Made by a program: the position numbers and the translations under genes
The notes under the pieces: generated by a model
What the model was told of the DNA's origin: nothing
Seen by the model: the letters and a program-made list of their open reading frames with translations, nothing else
Databases searched by the model: none
Part shown: positions 31,070-41,332 of the stretch, piece after piece
How positions within the stretch are numbered: the stretch's first letter is position 1
Layout: each line of letters opens with the position of its first letter
Assembly (NCBI GenBank): GCA_963663805.2
Contig: CAXXMR010000007.1
Location: 17,667-81,666, forward strand
Direction of reading: 5' to 3'
DNA: 64,000 bases
Source of the DNA: Sedimentisphaerales bacterium
Lineage (GTDB): Bacteria > Planctomycetota > Phycisphaerae > Sedimentisphaerales > SM23-30

Positions 31070-32026
31070 TTATGACCTCGTATATGCTACCCACACTGCC
31101 GTCAAATACATCGCCTCCGTGGTATGCCCCTGAGGAGTCAGCTCAACCGTTAATGTCCGGGCTCCATCTGGAACATCATCAGAGCTAATCGAAATGACTA
31201 GCTCCTCATAACTCGACGAAGCCGCCGCCTGAACCGCTGATTCTTCAACCTTAGCATTACCCTCATCAAAATAACAGTCCGCGTCCCAGCCGGCCGCGTT
31301 CGTCGTACCTGCCGAAGCACCCCGTAAGTGAATCTCAACCGACCCGCTACTGTCAATATCGGCACCCAACGGCACCTGAAAAACCACCGCGTTCTGACTA
31401 CCCGCCGCCCAGCTCAGCCTCAAACAGCTATCCGTATCACCGTCAATAAATTCCAGACCAGGACTTGTATCAGTACACAGCAGCCCGCCGCCACTGGCCG
31501 CACCTGGAATATTATTACCTGACACTGCACGCAAATTCGCCAGACTTACCGGAACAACCGTTTTTCTGCCCTTCTCAACCCCGCCCGGCATAAACCACAT
31601 GTGACCGCCCCGTGCATCAGTGATGGAACTAACATCACCCCCGCTCGTAACAACCTCTGCCAGGCGAATATGACTAACACTCGAAACCGGCCAATCTGAA
31701 TACTCAGTCGTAACCAGATTGCCGTTACCATCCAGATAAACATAAATATGCTCTTTGTCATCCGCCAGCGACACCTCACTAACTCCGGCATACTCACACA
31801 GACTCAAACCATCCCAGTATTTCCCCGCCTTAACGCCAATCTTCAAGCCGCCCGCATCAAAAACCCGCAAATCATTTGCTCGCTTCGTGGCCTCCAGCAA
31901 ACGATAAAGAAGCTTGCGAAACTCCAGATAATAAGGTGCCTTGCCCGTCTCAATATATTCAACACCAGTCTCGCCTTCACTCGAAAGATTCAGCAACTCG
32001 TTATCACTTGGGTACACTTCCGCCAT
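31070..32026 (-). CDS. Hypothetical virion protein, possible fibre/baseplate attachment
   Basis: AGGAGG RBS; IYVYLD...IRLAEV.T....V.SITDAR resembles phage fibre N-terminal motifs. Confidence 0.55.
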   Translation of the reverse strand: MAEVYPSDNELLNLSSEGETGVEYIETGKAPYYLEFRKLLYRLLEATKRANDLRVFDAGGLKIGVKAGKYWDGLSLCEYAGVSEVSLADDKEHIYVYLDGNGNLVTTEYSDWPVSSVSHIRLAEVVTSGGDVSSITDARGGHMWFMPGGVEKGRKTVVPVSLANLRAVSGNNIPGAASGGGLLCTDTSPGLEFIDGDTDSCLRLSWAAGSQNAVVFQVPLGADIDSSGSVEIHLRGASAGTTNAAGWDADCYFDEGNAKVEESAVQAAASSSYEELVISISSDDVPDGARTLTVELTPQGHTTEAMYLTAVWVAYTRS

Positions 32027-32040
32027 AATATCCTCCTGGC

Positions 32041-32805
32041 CTATCCAATCCGCAATACCAGCCTGTCGTCAACACTATCATAATTCACCATAAACAACTC
32101 CACCGCCCTCGGCAGCGGGTCAACATTCACCGCCAGCGTTTCAAGCTCGCCTATATCACACTCACCACCACTCTCAACCATACCCCAACCGAACACATAG
32201 TCTCCGACCTCAAGCAGCTCACTCTCAAAAACTATCTCGTCAGCATCAAAACCAAATTCGCCTTCCCCAAAATTACCTTTACCACAACCGCAAGACGCGC
32301 TGCCGCTGTAACCAAAATCACCCTTACCCATACCATCAAGCCCCCATCCCCATTTCGCCGCCATATCAGGCCAAATAGCTATCTTGGCAACAGGTTCAAT
32401 ATCTTCCGAAAAATCATCACCCGCCGCCTGATAAACCCATATCTCGTTGCCCAAAGCCAAATCAGCCGTCCGCAGCCATCTCAACTCCACTCGCGGCTCA
32501 ATCCCAACAAAACCATTTAACTGTCCCGAATAATCAATCCCCGCTTTGTCAGCCTCAACCGAAACAACCTCTATCGCCGCCGGATAATTCGCTTCACATC
32601 CCACCAGAATCATCCGCTGCTCAGCACAAACCGTAACGCCCGACAGACGACCATTTACGTATACCTGAAACAGCCGTTCCGACTCATCGCTCCGCCAACT
32701 AACCAAAGCCAAACCCGGCACACCAACCTCCGTGCCGTCTGCCAGACGGCTACCAGCAAACCGCATCACCCGAACCATATCAATATTGTCCGTCCGAAAA
32801 CCCAT
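32041..32805 (-). CDS. Hypothetical protein with Gly/Phe-rich repeat (phage-like operon)
   Basis: 254 aa; WGWGLDGMGKGDFG...GNFGEGEFGFD. Confidence 0.65.
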   Translation of the reverse strand: MGFRTDNIDMVRVMRFAGSRLADGTEVGVPGLALVSWRSDESERLFQVYVNGRLSGVTVCAEQRMILVGCEANYPAAIEVVSVEADKAGIDYSGQLNGFVGIEPRVELRWLRTADLALGNEIWVYQAAGDDFSEDIEPVAKIAIWPDMAAKWGWGLDGMGKGDFGYSGSASCGCGKGNFGEGEFGFDADEIVFESELLEVGDYVFGWGMVESGGECDIGELETLAVNVDPLPRAVELFMVNYDSVDDRLVLRIG

Positions 32806-32809
32806 CTCG

Positions 32810-33178
32810 CTACCTTAATTGAGTATATGCAATTTCGTATTCATAATAAATCCGACCCGAGCAAGCCATCCCGCTCAATGGCGAAAAACCTTCCATGCAA
32901 ACATCTCTATAAACCGTACCAAACTCATCCTTCAATTCATAACACTGCCCGTTGATATAATCATTTATCGTATCTATCTTCGCCCGCATCTCCGCCACGG
33001 AATCCGCCGTCAAACAACCACGTTGATTCAATACCCGCGACCGCCGCCCCAAATCAACCCGCATCACTCCGTCCAGTCCTGCAAAACCTCGCTCAACTTT
33101 CTCACGCTCCCAGGACATCGCCCTGAGCGTATGACCACCACCCTCAAACAGAACCTTGCCATCGAACATGATTGCCAT
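32810..33178 (-). CDS. Hypothetical protein, possibly distal-tail/tube-initiator-like
   Basis: 122 aa; FAGLDG...DLGRRSR.L...G.L pattern and terminal YEIAYTQ resemble Dit/GpU-like proteins. Confidence 0.5.
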   Translation of the reverse strand: MAIMFDGKVLFEGGGHTLRAMSWEREKVERGFAGLDGVMRVDLGRRSRVLNQRGCLTADSVAEMRAKIDTINDYINGQCYELKDEFGTVYRDVCMEGFSPLSGMACSGRIYYEYEIAYTQLR

Positions 33179-33180
33179 AA

Positions 33181-33828
33181 TTACACCCGTTTCATCCTTA
33201 TCGAACCCCCGCTATTTTTGCGGTCAGCTATCGCGTCACTGTCATCATCAAGCTCCAGACAAACCTTTGTCCGAGATTGCTCATAAAGTTTTTGATAACG
33301 CAGAGACTTCTCCCAAAAACCTCGCCCGTCATCCTGACCACTGGCACAACCAGCCAATACCGCCGACAAAACCGCAAACACCGAAGATTGACGCAAGGCC
33401 CGCTTATTAAGAATCACGCCCGTCTCAGCCTCTTCTTCGCTAACCCCAAAATACTGTAGCAAACTATAAGCCGCCTCGTCAGCCTGGGCGTCATAGGTAC
33501 TGATTCGATAATTCAACTCACTCCCCGTCGGCGGAGCCACAACTTCATCTTCATCAGAAACCCGCACCACCGAAACCGTCAACTCCGTCTCCGAATCAAC
33601 CGAAACAATCTCATAACAGCCATCAATTACCCCCATACCATCACTGACATACACCACCTGGCCAGCCTTAACCGCTCCACTCACAAACGAACCACTCGCC
33701 GACGTGAATACGGTATCCGCCAAAACACCGTCAGCTCCCTTGCATAATTGCTGGGCAGCATACCCGACTTCTCGAAACAAAACCGGCTCCCATTTCAGCA
33801 AATCAATGTCTTTAGAAAACCTTACCAT
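33181..33828 (-). CDS. Hypothetical protein, possible head-tail connector with inserted beta domain
   Basis: Directly after the capsid gene; start MVRFS with GAGG RBS; helical C-terminus. Confidence 0.55.
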   Translation of the reverse strand: MVRFSKDIDLLKWEPVLFREVGYAAQQLCKGADGVLADTVFTSASGSFVSGAVKAGQVVYVSDGMGVIDGCYEIVSVDSETELTVSVVRVSDEDEVVAPPTGSELNYRISTYDAQADEAAYSLLQYFGVSEEEAETGVILNKRALRQSSVFAVLSAVLAGCASGQDDGRGFWEKSLRYQKLYEQSRTKVCLELDDDSDAIADRKNSGGSIRMKRV

Positions 33829-33882
33829 CGCTAAAAATCCTCTCACATCGACCTTAAAAGAAGTATTCACCAAAAATAGTTT

Positions 33883-33928
33883 GACCGGACGGGCCTTTCC
33901 CCTCAGCAAAACTCGCCCGCCCGGCCCT
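33883..33928 (-). terminator. Hairpin downstream of the capsid gene
   Basis: ccggacgggc ... gcccgcccgg dyad, then an A/T run on the minus strand. Confidence 0.45.
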
Positions 33929-34248
33929 TTATGTCCCTGCTAACCCGCCGTCGCTAGACCACGAATACAGCCGTGAGCCTCCTCGTTACGCATCTCCAGC
34001 GTATACTCACCTATCAACTGACCACACTCATAATCACCACTCGAAGCCAAAGGCTTAAAGTGAAAACTCCGACCCGCCAAAGGCAGAACACCCAGACGAG
34101 AACTATCCAGCAGCAGCACTGCATCCTGCGGAACCCAACGCGAAACAATCACCCGGCATAGCCCGAAATCACTTTCATACAGACTCACCAAATCTGAATA
34201 CTTCGTATCCGACGCCCCGAACCCGCGATTACTCGACATGAAACTGTT

Positions 34249-35838
34249 GTAACACTTTAGCCAAGTGAAGCAGAGAACTCCGCGAGTTTTGGCAATTTGC
34301 CGGTTTTGATGTATGTTCGCAGGGCTTTTTTGATGGTAGCAACCGGGTTTAGGCCGCGTTGTTTCAGGGTAAAAAACACGCTCATCAGCACCGATTGCGT
34401 TCGGGCTCCACGGTCGCTGCGGTTGTTATAGCTGTTCTTTCGCATGATCACCGCGCCGCGAATGCTGCGTTCGCCAAAATTATTATCGAACGGCACCTCG
34501 CGATTGCTCAGAAAAGTGAACAGCTCATCATGATGGCGTTTCAAACGCTTAATCAACCGCTGAGCTTCCTTGTTCGACCACTCATGCGCGATAATAAGAT
34601 CCAAGCGTTTTTCGATTCGTTGGCAGCGCCGCTGGTAAACCGTCGCATCCAGTTCATCGATGCGTTTACGCAGGCGTATCGCGTCGCGAATTAATCGTTT
34701 GAGTTTTTTGGAGAACCTCGGCCAATCGCCGCTGTGGTCTTTGGCTTTCCAGACTCGCTCCAAATCACGCAGTAAGTGAACCAGGCACTTTTGTTTGGCG
34801 CATGACAATACATTGTAAGCATACCAGAAGTCACTTACGAACACGCCGTTGAAACATTCTTTGATAAATTCCAAAACCACCGGCCCGGCCCGCGACTGCT
34901 CGACCGTAAAAATCGTGGCTTGATGGCTGGTAAAGCACCATAACCAATGCGTTTTACCGTTTACCCGCCAGCCGGTCTCATCGCCGTGCAGGACACCGGC
35001 TTTTTGAATGTCCTCGATTATTTCTTCGTACCAGGCCAGGAGTATATCCGCTAAACGATGCCACATCTGGACTAATCCGCCCGGCGACATCTTAAACCGG
35101 AGATGAAAATTAAACACCTCCAGGATCTGCGCTATCGTATTGCCCAACGCAAAGTGGAGCCAGGCACACAAAACCACAATACCATTGCCAATAGATGATT
35201 TTGGCAGAGCATCGGTTACGATCGGCTCAACCGCCTTGCGACAGTTCGGACACCAGTCGCGATGAATAACATGCTTTACCGTCTCAACGCGAACATCTTC
35301 CGGGATGTCTTCGATGATTCGTTCACGTGTGCCGGAACATTTTTTCAGTTCGCCGCCGCAGTCCGGACAACATGAAGCGCGATGTTCTTCGGTACGGTCT
35401 ATTTGGGTCGGCAGATTGCGGCGAGTACCTTGATGCCCTTTTTTACGGCCAAACTTTTTGCCGCGTTTTTTATCTGTTTTGTTCGGCTTGACAAAAACCG
35501 GCTTCTGACCTGAGGGACACGAAGGATCAGCCGGACTGCCGGCAACTAACGTACCTTGTGTTTTTTCCGCTGCCAGTTTCGACAGTCTCAGCAAAACAAA
35601 AACCACCGCCTCTCTGCCTTGCTCGTAAATAAGCTCAGCCTGCTCCGCAGTCAATTCCTGCTCTAAGGCCAGGTCGGCGATAGCCTGTTCAGCATTCGGC
35701 TTCATCATGCTGAAACTATAAACCATTACACGCAATAGCGCAAATTACCCATCTTAACATTTTGAAGTTTTTTTGTCTTTTTTTTGCACAAGCCAACCCA
35801 AAAGCTATAGAATTTGCTTCACTTGGCTAAAATGTTAC
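34249..35838 (-). mobile_element. IS66-family insertion sequence (single-ORF type), 1590 bp
   Basis: TIRs gtaaca(c/t)tttagccaagtgaagca, 23/24 identical; 8-bp TSD aaactgtt at 34241-34248 and 35839-35846. Confidence 0.95.
34257..35735 (-). CDS. IS66-family transposase
   Basis: CPDCG...CPNC zinc finger, HGDETGW, VSDF, QKCLVHLLRD, VPFDNNFGERSIR. Confidence 0.95.
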   Translation of the reverse strand: MRVMVYSFSMMKPNAEQAIADLALEQELTAEQAELIYEQGREAVVFVLLRLSKLAAEKTQGTLVAGSPADPSCPSGQKPVFVKPNKTDKKRGKKFGRKKGHQGTRRNLPTQIDRTEEHRASCCPDCGGELKKCSGTRERIIEDIPEDVRVETVKHVIHRDWCPNCRKAVEPIVTDALPKSSIGNGIVVLCAWLHFALGNTIAQILEVFNFHLRFKMSPGGLVQMWHRLADILLAWYEEIIEDIQKAGVLHGDETGWRVNGKTHWLWCFTSHQATIFTVEQSRAGPVVLEFIKECFNGVFVSDFWYAYNVLSCAKQKCLVHLLRDLERVWKAKDHSGDWPRFSKKLKRLIRDAIRLRKRIDELDATVYQRRCQRIEKRLDLIIAHEWSNKEAQRLIKRLKRHHDELFTFLSNREVPFDNNFGERSIRGAVIMRKNSYNNRSDRGARTQSVLMSVFFTLKQRGLNPVATIKKALRTYIKTGKLPKLAEFSASLG

Positions 35839-36737
35839 AAACTGTTAATCTGACGCTTCTGATAACCATTCACCAAAATTAAATCAACATTGCCGTTACT
35901 GTTCTCCCATATCTTCCGCAACGCGTAATTCAACTGCGCCTCAGTCAAACTCGCCCCCGCCGGAAAACCATCGTCGCCCACCGCCATAGCGTTCGTGCCA
36001 ATATGCTGCACAACACCTTTCAAAGTACGACGTACCGTACCCGAACCTTCCGGACTAGCTGCAATCTGACCGCCGTTGATTACCGTATTCTCCAAATCAC
36101 GCAGCAGCTCACGCAAACGCTCCTGCTTCTGGAAATCCAGCTCATCCGCCAGACCCAGCTGACGAGCCGCCAAATCACTGCCCGAAACCTCAACCGCCGC
36201 TGTAAATATCTGAGTATAATTACCCAGGCGATTCCGATTGGTAAAACGAGCCGTAGGCTTGTCCGCGCCTTCTAACGCTGCGTTACCCAGAATGTTGATA
36301 ACTTGGTTGTCAGCCAAATCCTCAGCCGTAGTGCCTGCGTAACCACGCACCACCGTCAGAGTATTGCTGCTCACACCCGTAACCAGCATCAACTCGCCAC
36401 TGCCTTCAACTTGAATCTGATCACCAGTCCGAAATCTGCCGCCGTTATCAACCACAAACTCCGTATCAGTCGAAGCGTCACTAAACGTCGAATCATTAAC
36501 AGAGTCCTTGTTCGGCAGCAGACTATCCTCCAGCCACTCATGATGAGTACTAACCGCCGCCCGCAACGGATCACCCAAAGCATCCAGCAGCGGTGTCTCA
36601 TACGGCGAGACAATACTAACCACATCCGCCACATCCTCAACCAGCTCCGGCAAAGTACTTCCCGCTGAATATGTCGCCTTACCCGTAAAAGCCATATAAT
36701 ATCCCTTTCAAATGTTTTCTAAAAATTGCTATACACC

Positions 36738-37244
36738 CTAAACAATCATCCCCCGACGCAGCCGCATATACTCCTGTAAATCCTTACGACTGCGACTGTC
36801 GCCAGCCTTCTCTGCCAACCGCGACAATGCCGCCCGACCCGTCTCGGCACCTTGCCGAACACCAGCCGTCGGCCCCAAAACACCACTCAGACGAAAATCC
36901 TTCCCAAACAAACCCGGTCGCTCCGCCTTCAATTCCTCAATCACTTTTTCAACATCTTTCCCTTCTACGTCCGCCATACGCTGCCGAGCCAGCAGCCGAC
37001 CAACTTCCATATCATTAACCTCAGCCTTAACCAGACTCTCAACCAGTCCACTTTCACGCGACTGCTCATCCAGCCGCTCTTTCACCGTTGCGAATTCACG
37101 CTGAACATCCGAAAGCTCTTGGCTAAGCTTTTCAACCTGCTGTTCCGCCGCCTGAGCCCGCTTGCGATACCGAATCGCTTCACCAACCGGCACCACCTGT
37201 CCATCATCCCAATCTTGTCGCTCTGCCTGCAACTTCTCTTCCAT
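36738..37244 (-). CDS. Putative capsid scaffolding protein
   Basis: Between portal and capsid; EAIRYRKRAQ plus coiled coil; LKAERPGLF motif. Confidence 0.7.
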   Translation of the reverse strand: MEEKLQAERQDWDDGQVVPVGEAIRYRKRAQAAEQQVEKLSQELSDVQREFATVKERLDEQSRESGLVESLVKAEVNDMEVGRLLARQRMADVEGKDVEKVIEELKAERPGLFGKDFRLSGVLGPTAGVRQGAETGRAALSRLAEKAGDSRSRKDLQEYMRLRRGMIV

Positions 37245-37285
37245 CTCAATGGTCTCCCGACGCCCCTGCGTCTAATCTTGAAAAC

Positions 37286-38854
37286 TTATTCGCCTATCAC
37301 CACACGCTTGGCGACAACATCCTCATCGTAACCCAGCTCCCGCAATATCTTGTCTTGAGGAATACCCAACTGCTGCTTAATGCTCGCCTCCTGTAGCTTC
37401 TCCAAGACATTCTCCGGCAACGGGCTCGGCCAGTTAATCTCAACCTCACGTTCTTTAGGCTCATTCGGGAAAACACCCGTTTTATCCAACGCCAAAAGTA
37501 TCATCCGCGAAAGCTCCGCCAGACCCTGGCCATAACAACGACGCTTACGCTCCGTCTTCGCCAAAACTCCCATCAGCGTCACCTTCAACGCCACCGCCGA
37601 AGTCAGATTACCTATCCGTCCCCGCAATATCCCCGCCGCCACAGATGCAACTCCGCTGGCCTTATCCATCGCCTCGCGAACCTGGCTGATATGAATATCT
37701 TCCGAAGGACTGCCCGCGTCCCCGCCAAATTCTTCGATGCTCGCTTCAGTATTCTCCGTACTCCACATCCGACCCGGTGCTACCGCTCGCTGCTCAAAAC
37801 CTTCAATACCACGACCCAGATACATCTTGAAACTCTGAAACGTCACCCGACTGGCCCGGTCACTCATCCGCGTATTCAACTCATCCTGCAAAGGTATCAA
37901 AGGTTCAACGTCAGACTGTCCCTCATATCGCCCCGGCAGAGGCATGTTCTGGATATGCACCACCGGCACCACTCCCAGAGGATTAACCCCTTCGCTTACC
38001 AGATTGCCATCCTCATACCTCTGCCAGCATCCCGGCCCAATAACCTCAACATCATGACTATGTCGCTGACGACTCACCTGCCCACCTCTGCCGTTAATCG
38101 TCCGTACCCCGCCCGAACCATCATCCAGCTCATTGTGAACCTGCCACCAATGCTGAACATAATAATCTATCCGACGATAATCCTGCTCATTAAGAACAGG
38201 CAGACTCCGGGGTGCCTCGATAGCCTCCAGCATTATATTACGAGCTCTTTCCAGAACTCCCGCGAAAGTATTAAGTCCCGCAACCCCGGAATCTAAACTG
38301 CCTGCCCCCTGCCCTCCGCCTTCCAGACGAACAATAACATCCACAAACCCATAAACACTCCCCAGCAAAGCCAGCTCCTGCAAATATGCCGCCCCGCCGT
38401 TCGCCTCAAACACCGCCCGCAATATTTGGTTAATCTGTTCCGCTCGCACCGCGTCCGCCGCCTTCGAACTTATCAACACTCCCTTGCCAAACAAAAAGTC
38501 AACCATCGTATCGACTCGCCAGGCAATATCATTTTCAACCACAACTTCCTTACGCTGTATCCCCTCAATCTGACGACCCGTAAGTGTCCCCCCATAAAAA
38601 CTATGCTGCATCCCCGTTATCCTGCCCGGCAAACCATACTCCTGAGACTGATAGTAAGGCCGAGAACTCTCGCTCGCACCCGACTCACCCAAAAGACCTA
38701 GCTCCCGCGCCTCATTGCGATAATAATTCCATAGCTTCTGATAATGCATCAGCATATCCCACGCCTGCTCATCAACCTGCCAAGCCACAAAACGCTCATC
38801 AAGCCCGCCGCCGACACCGTCACGCTCAAATATCGAAAAATCAAATGCCATCAT
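37286..38854 (-). CDS. Phage portal protein (SPP1 gp6-like)
   Basis: VENDIAWRVD..VDFLFGKGV, NPLGVVPVVHIQN, GQSDVEPLIPLQDELN, TSAVALKV, EINWPSPLPEN. Confidence 0.88.
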   Translation of the reverse strand: MMAFDFSIFERDGVGGGLDERFVAWQVDEQAWDMLMHYQKLWNYYRNEARELGLLGESGASESSRPYYQSQEYGLPGRITGMQHSFYGGTLTGRQIEGIQRKEVVVENDIAWRVDTMVDFLFGKGVLISSKAADAVRAEQINQILRAVFEANGGAAYLQELALLGSVYGFVDVIVRLEGGGQGAGSLDSGVAGLNTFAGVLERARNIMLEAIEAPRSLPVLNEQDYRRIDYYVQHWWQVHNELDDGSGGVRTINGRGGQVSRQRHSHDVEVIGPGCWQRYEDGNLVSEGVNPLGVVPVVHIQNMPLPGRYEGQSDVEPLIPLQDELNTRMSDRASRVTFQSFKMYLGRGIEGFEQRAVAPGRMWSTENTEASIEEFGGDAGSPSEDIHISQVREAMDKASGVASVAAGILRGRIGNLTSAVALKVTLMGVLAKTERKRRCYGQGLAELSRMILLALDKTGVFPNEPKEREVEINWPSPLPENVLEKLQEASIKQQLGIPQDKILRELGYDEDVVAKRVVIGE

Positions 38855-39102
38855 TATTCCTCGCCACTATGCCATTCTTACCACCAGGACCATTATTAGT
38901 CCCTTCACCCTTACCCCCAAAATGCACATCCGCGCTTAAAAAAAATGCATATTCACCACCTCAACATCCCTAACCCTATACTCTGCCCAGACTTATTTTT
39001 TTGAAAAATTTTAAAATTTATCTGCACCACTCCACCAATTTGCGCTGATAACTCCACACTTTTTCCGCATATACCCTTCCCCCAAAAATCAGCCTTGCCG
39101 TT

Positions 39103-39234
39103 GCCGTTTAAAATCCGCGAAATCCGTGTAATCCGCGGTTAAATATTGTCGTTGTCGTTGTTTTGAATTTTGTGTTTAGAATTTGTTTAGGATTTAGAAT
39201 TTAGATCTTAGGGTTTCCAGTTTATCTGGCTTAG
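39103..39234 (+). repeat. Dispersed composite repeat, copy 1
   Basis: 39121-39229 matches 41054-41162 at 108 of 109 nt. Confidence 0.92.
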
Positions 39235-39328
39235 AATTTATAGTTTGCCCTCCGGCTCTGATTGAGTATACTCGAAGATTGAGGATCCGCCGTGGACCCT
39301 CTATGTTCAACTTTTACGGAGGCAGACA

Positions 39329-40903
39329 ATGCGAAACCTTACCTATAAATCAATCATCGTCCTGCTCTTGGCAGCGATTCTCCCCCTGACCTCACTAGCT
39401 GACGTCCGCCTGCCCGCGGTCATAGGCAGCAACATGGTCCTCCAGCAGAAAACCGACGCTCCCCTCTGGGGCTGGGCCGATCCTGGCGAAAAAGTCTATG
39501 TCAAAGCCTCATGGCTCAGTCTGCTCGGCAACAATAAAGCCAAAACCACCGCCGACCAAAACGGCAAATGGCAAATCTCCCTCAAAACCCCCAAAGCAGG
39601 CGGCCCTTATAAAATCATCATCAAAGGCGACAACACCATCGAATTGGACAATGTAATGACCGGCGAAGTATGGATTTGCTCCGGCCAATCAAACATGGCC
39701 TTTAGCCTCAGAAGTGCCAACAACGCCGAACAGGAAATCGCCGCCGCCAATTGCCCAAACATCAGGCTGATGCAAGTTACCCGACACGCCGTCGAATCAC
39801 CGCAGGACGACTGCCAAGGCCAATGGAACACATGCACTCCAGAAACGGTCTCCGGTTTCAGTGCCGTTGCATATTTTTTCGGCCGCGAACTTTACCAGAA
39901 CCTTAATATACCGATCGGCCTGATCCATACCAGTTGGGGCGGAACACGCTGCGAAGCCTGGACTTCAATCGAAGCCCTCCAATCCGAACCAGAAGCAAAA
40001 CCCATCCTCGACCGCTACGCACAGGCCGTGATCGATCTGCCCGAAGCAACCAAAAAATACGAAGCCGACTACGCCGAATGGAAGCAAAAAGCCGACAAAC
40101 TCAAAGCCGAAGGCAAAAACCTGCCTCGCGCTCCCTACCCACCAATCGGCCCCAATCACCGGCATGGCCCCGCAAACCTCTACAACGGTATGATCGCCCC
40201 CCTGACCCCCTATGCCATCAAAGGAGCGATCTGGTACCAGGGCGAAGGAAATGCCGGCCGAGCCTACCAATACCGTACGATTTTCCCAAACATGATCAAA
40301 GACTGGCGCAGCAGATGGCACTGCGGTTCATTCCCATTCTACTTTGTCCAGATCGCACCTTATAGATACTCAACAGAATGCATCTGTGCCGAGCTACGCG
40401 AAGCCCAGATGATGACCCTCTCACTCGAAAACACCGGCATGGCCGTAACCATGGACATCGGCAACCCCAAAGACATTCACCCCCGCAACAAACAGGACGT
40501 CGGAAAACGACTCGCCCTCTGGGCCCTCGCCCAGGATTACGGCCAGAATAAAATCACATATTCCGGACCAATCTATAAATCAATGAAAGTCGAAGCCGAC
40601 AAAATCAGACTGTCCTTCGATTACGTAGACGGCGGACTAAAAGCAGGCCCCGATGGCTTAGCAAACTTTACCATTGCTGGCGCGGATAAAAAATTCGTCA
40701 CCGCCCAGGCCATCATCGCCCCCGTCCTCAAAACTGGCAAGGAAGACGCTCTAATAGTCTTCTCCGAAGATGTCCCCAACCCCGTAGCGGTACGCTACTG
40801 CTGGGATAACATCATGGAAGGAACTCTATTCAACAAAGCCGACCTGCCCGCCTCATCATTCCGAACCGACGACTGGCCCGGCGTAACCGCTAACGAAAGA
40901 TGA
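39329..40903 (+). CDS. Sialate O-acetylesterase (SASA/SGNH family)
   Basis: Signal peptide, NMVLQ, GEVWICSGQSNM, WGGT, WYQGE, DIHPRNK. Confidence 0.92.
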   Translation: MRNLTYKSIIVLLLAAILPLTSLADVRLPAVIGSNMVLQQKTDAPLWGWADPGEKVYVKASWLSLLGNNKAKTTADQNGKWQISLKTPKAGGPYKIIIKGDNTIELDNVMTGEVWICSGQSNMAFSLRSANNAEQEIAAANCPNIRLMQVTRHAVESPQDDCQGQWNTCTPETVSGFSAVAYFFGRELYQNLNIPIGLIHTSWGGTRCEAWTSIEALQSEPEAKPILDRYAQAVIDLPEATKKYEADYAEWKQKADKLKAEGKNLPRAPYPPIGPNHRHGPANLYNGMIAPLTPYAIKGAIWYQGEGNAGRAYQYRTIFPNMIKDWRSRWHCGSFPFYFVQIAPYRYSTECICAELREAQMMTLSLENTGMAVTMDIGNPKDIHPRNKQDVGKRLALWALAQDYGQNKITYSGPIYKSMKVEADKIRLSFDYVDGGLKAGPDGLANFTIAGADKKFVTAQAIIAPVLKTGKEDALIVFSEDVPNPVAVRYCWDNIMEGTLFNKADLPASSFRTDDWPGVTANER

Positions 40904-40925
40904 CCATAACATTATCTGAAATTAC

Positions 40926-40966
40926 AGCCCTGAGGTTGAAATACAATCAACCCCAGGGCTTTTTTT
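40926..40966 (+). terminator. Intrinsic terminator
   Basis: agccctgaggttga...tcaaccccagggct followed by a T run. Confidence 0.85.
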
Positions 40967-41167
40967 AGTCTCTTACAAATGAAATTTTGCGCAAAATGGC
41001 AACAATTTACCAGAGCCGCGTACGGAAGTAAGCGGTGCCGTTAAAATCCGAGTAATCCGTGTAATCCGCGGTTAAATATTGTCGTTGTTGTTGTTTTGAA
41101 TTTTGTGTTTAGAATTTGTTTAGGATTTAGAATTTAGATCTTAGGGTTTCCAGTTTATCTGGGTTAG
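40965..41167 (+). repeat. Dispersed composite repeat, copy 2 (includes REP-like gagccgc...gcgg unit)
   Basis: Right part matches 39103-39234; left part matches 51048-51165. Confidence 0.9.
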
Positions 41168-41305
41168 GGTAACTCCAATAGCGTGATTTAGATTTTTGGT
41201 GGACGGAGTTTTATTTTTTTAAAGTAGTTATCGGCCCTGTGGTTTTGGCTGTTCCCAAAAAAAATATTCATGCGATTTGTTTGGTCGGGTCGATACAACT
41301 ACCAT

Positions 41306-41332
41306 GCCTAACAAAGGCCTAACACCCGTTAG
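41306..41332. promoter_or_regulatory. Candidate LexA operator
   Basis: GCCTAACA direct repeat with 11-bp period, overlapping a CTAAC-N4-GTTAG dyad, upstream of the lexA unit. Confidence 0.5.

Larger units (their letters stand above)
33940..36695 (-). pseudogene. SU10/DUF5309-type major capsid protein interrupted by IS66
   Basis: EDVADVVSIVSPYETPLL, HEWLED, NYTQIF, GQLIGEYTLEMRNEEAHG; removing the IS and one TSD gives ...GYQKRQINSFMSSNRG..., a 385-aa ORF. Confidence 0.88.

Noticed and set aside
33940..36695. Encapsulin nanocompartment
   Set aside because: Capsid is accompanied by portal and scaffold genes and no cargo enzyme
25637..38854. Complete inducible prophage
   Set aside because: No integrase, att pair, terminase, replication or tail tube/tape-measure gene recognised
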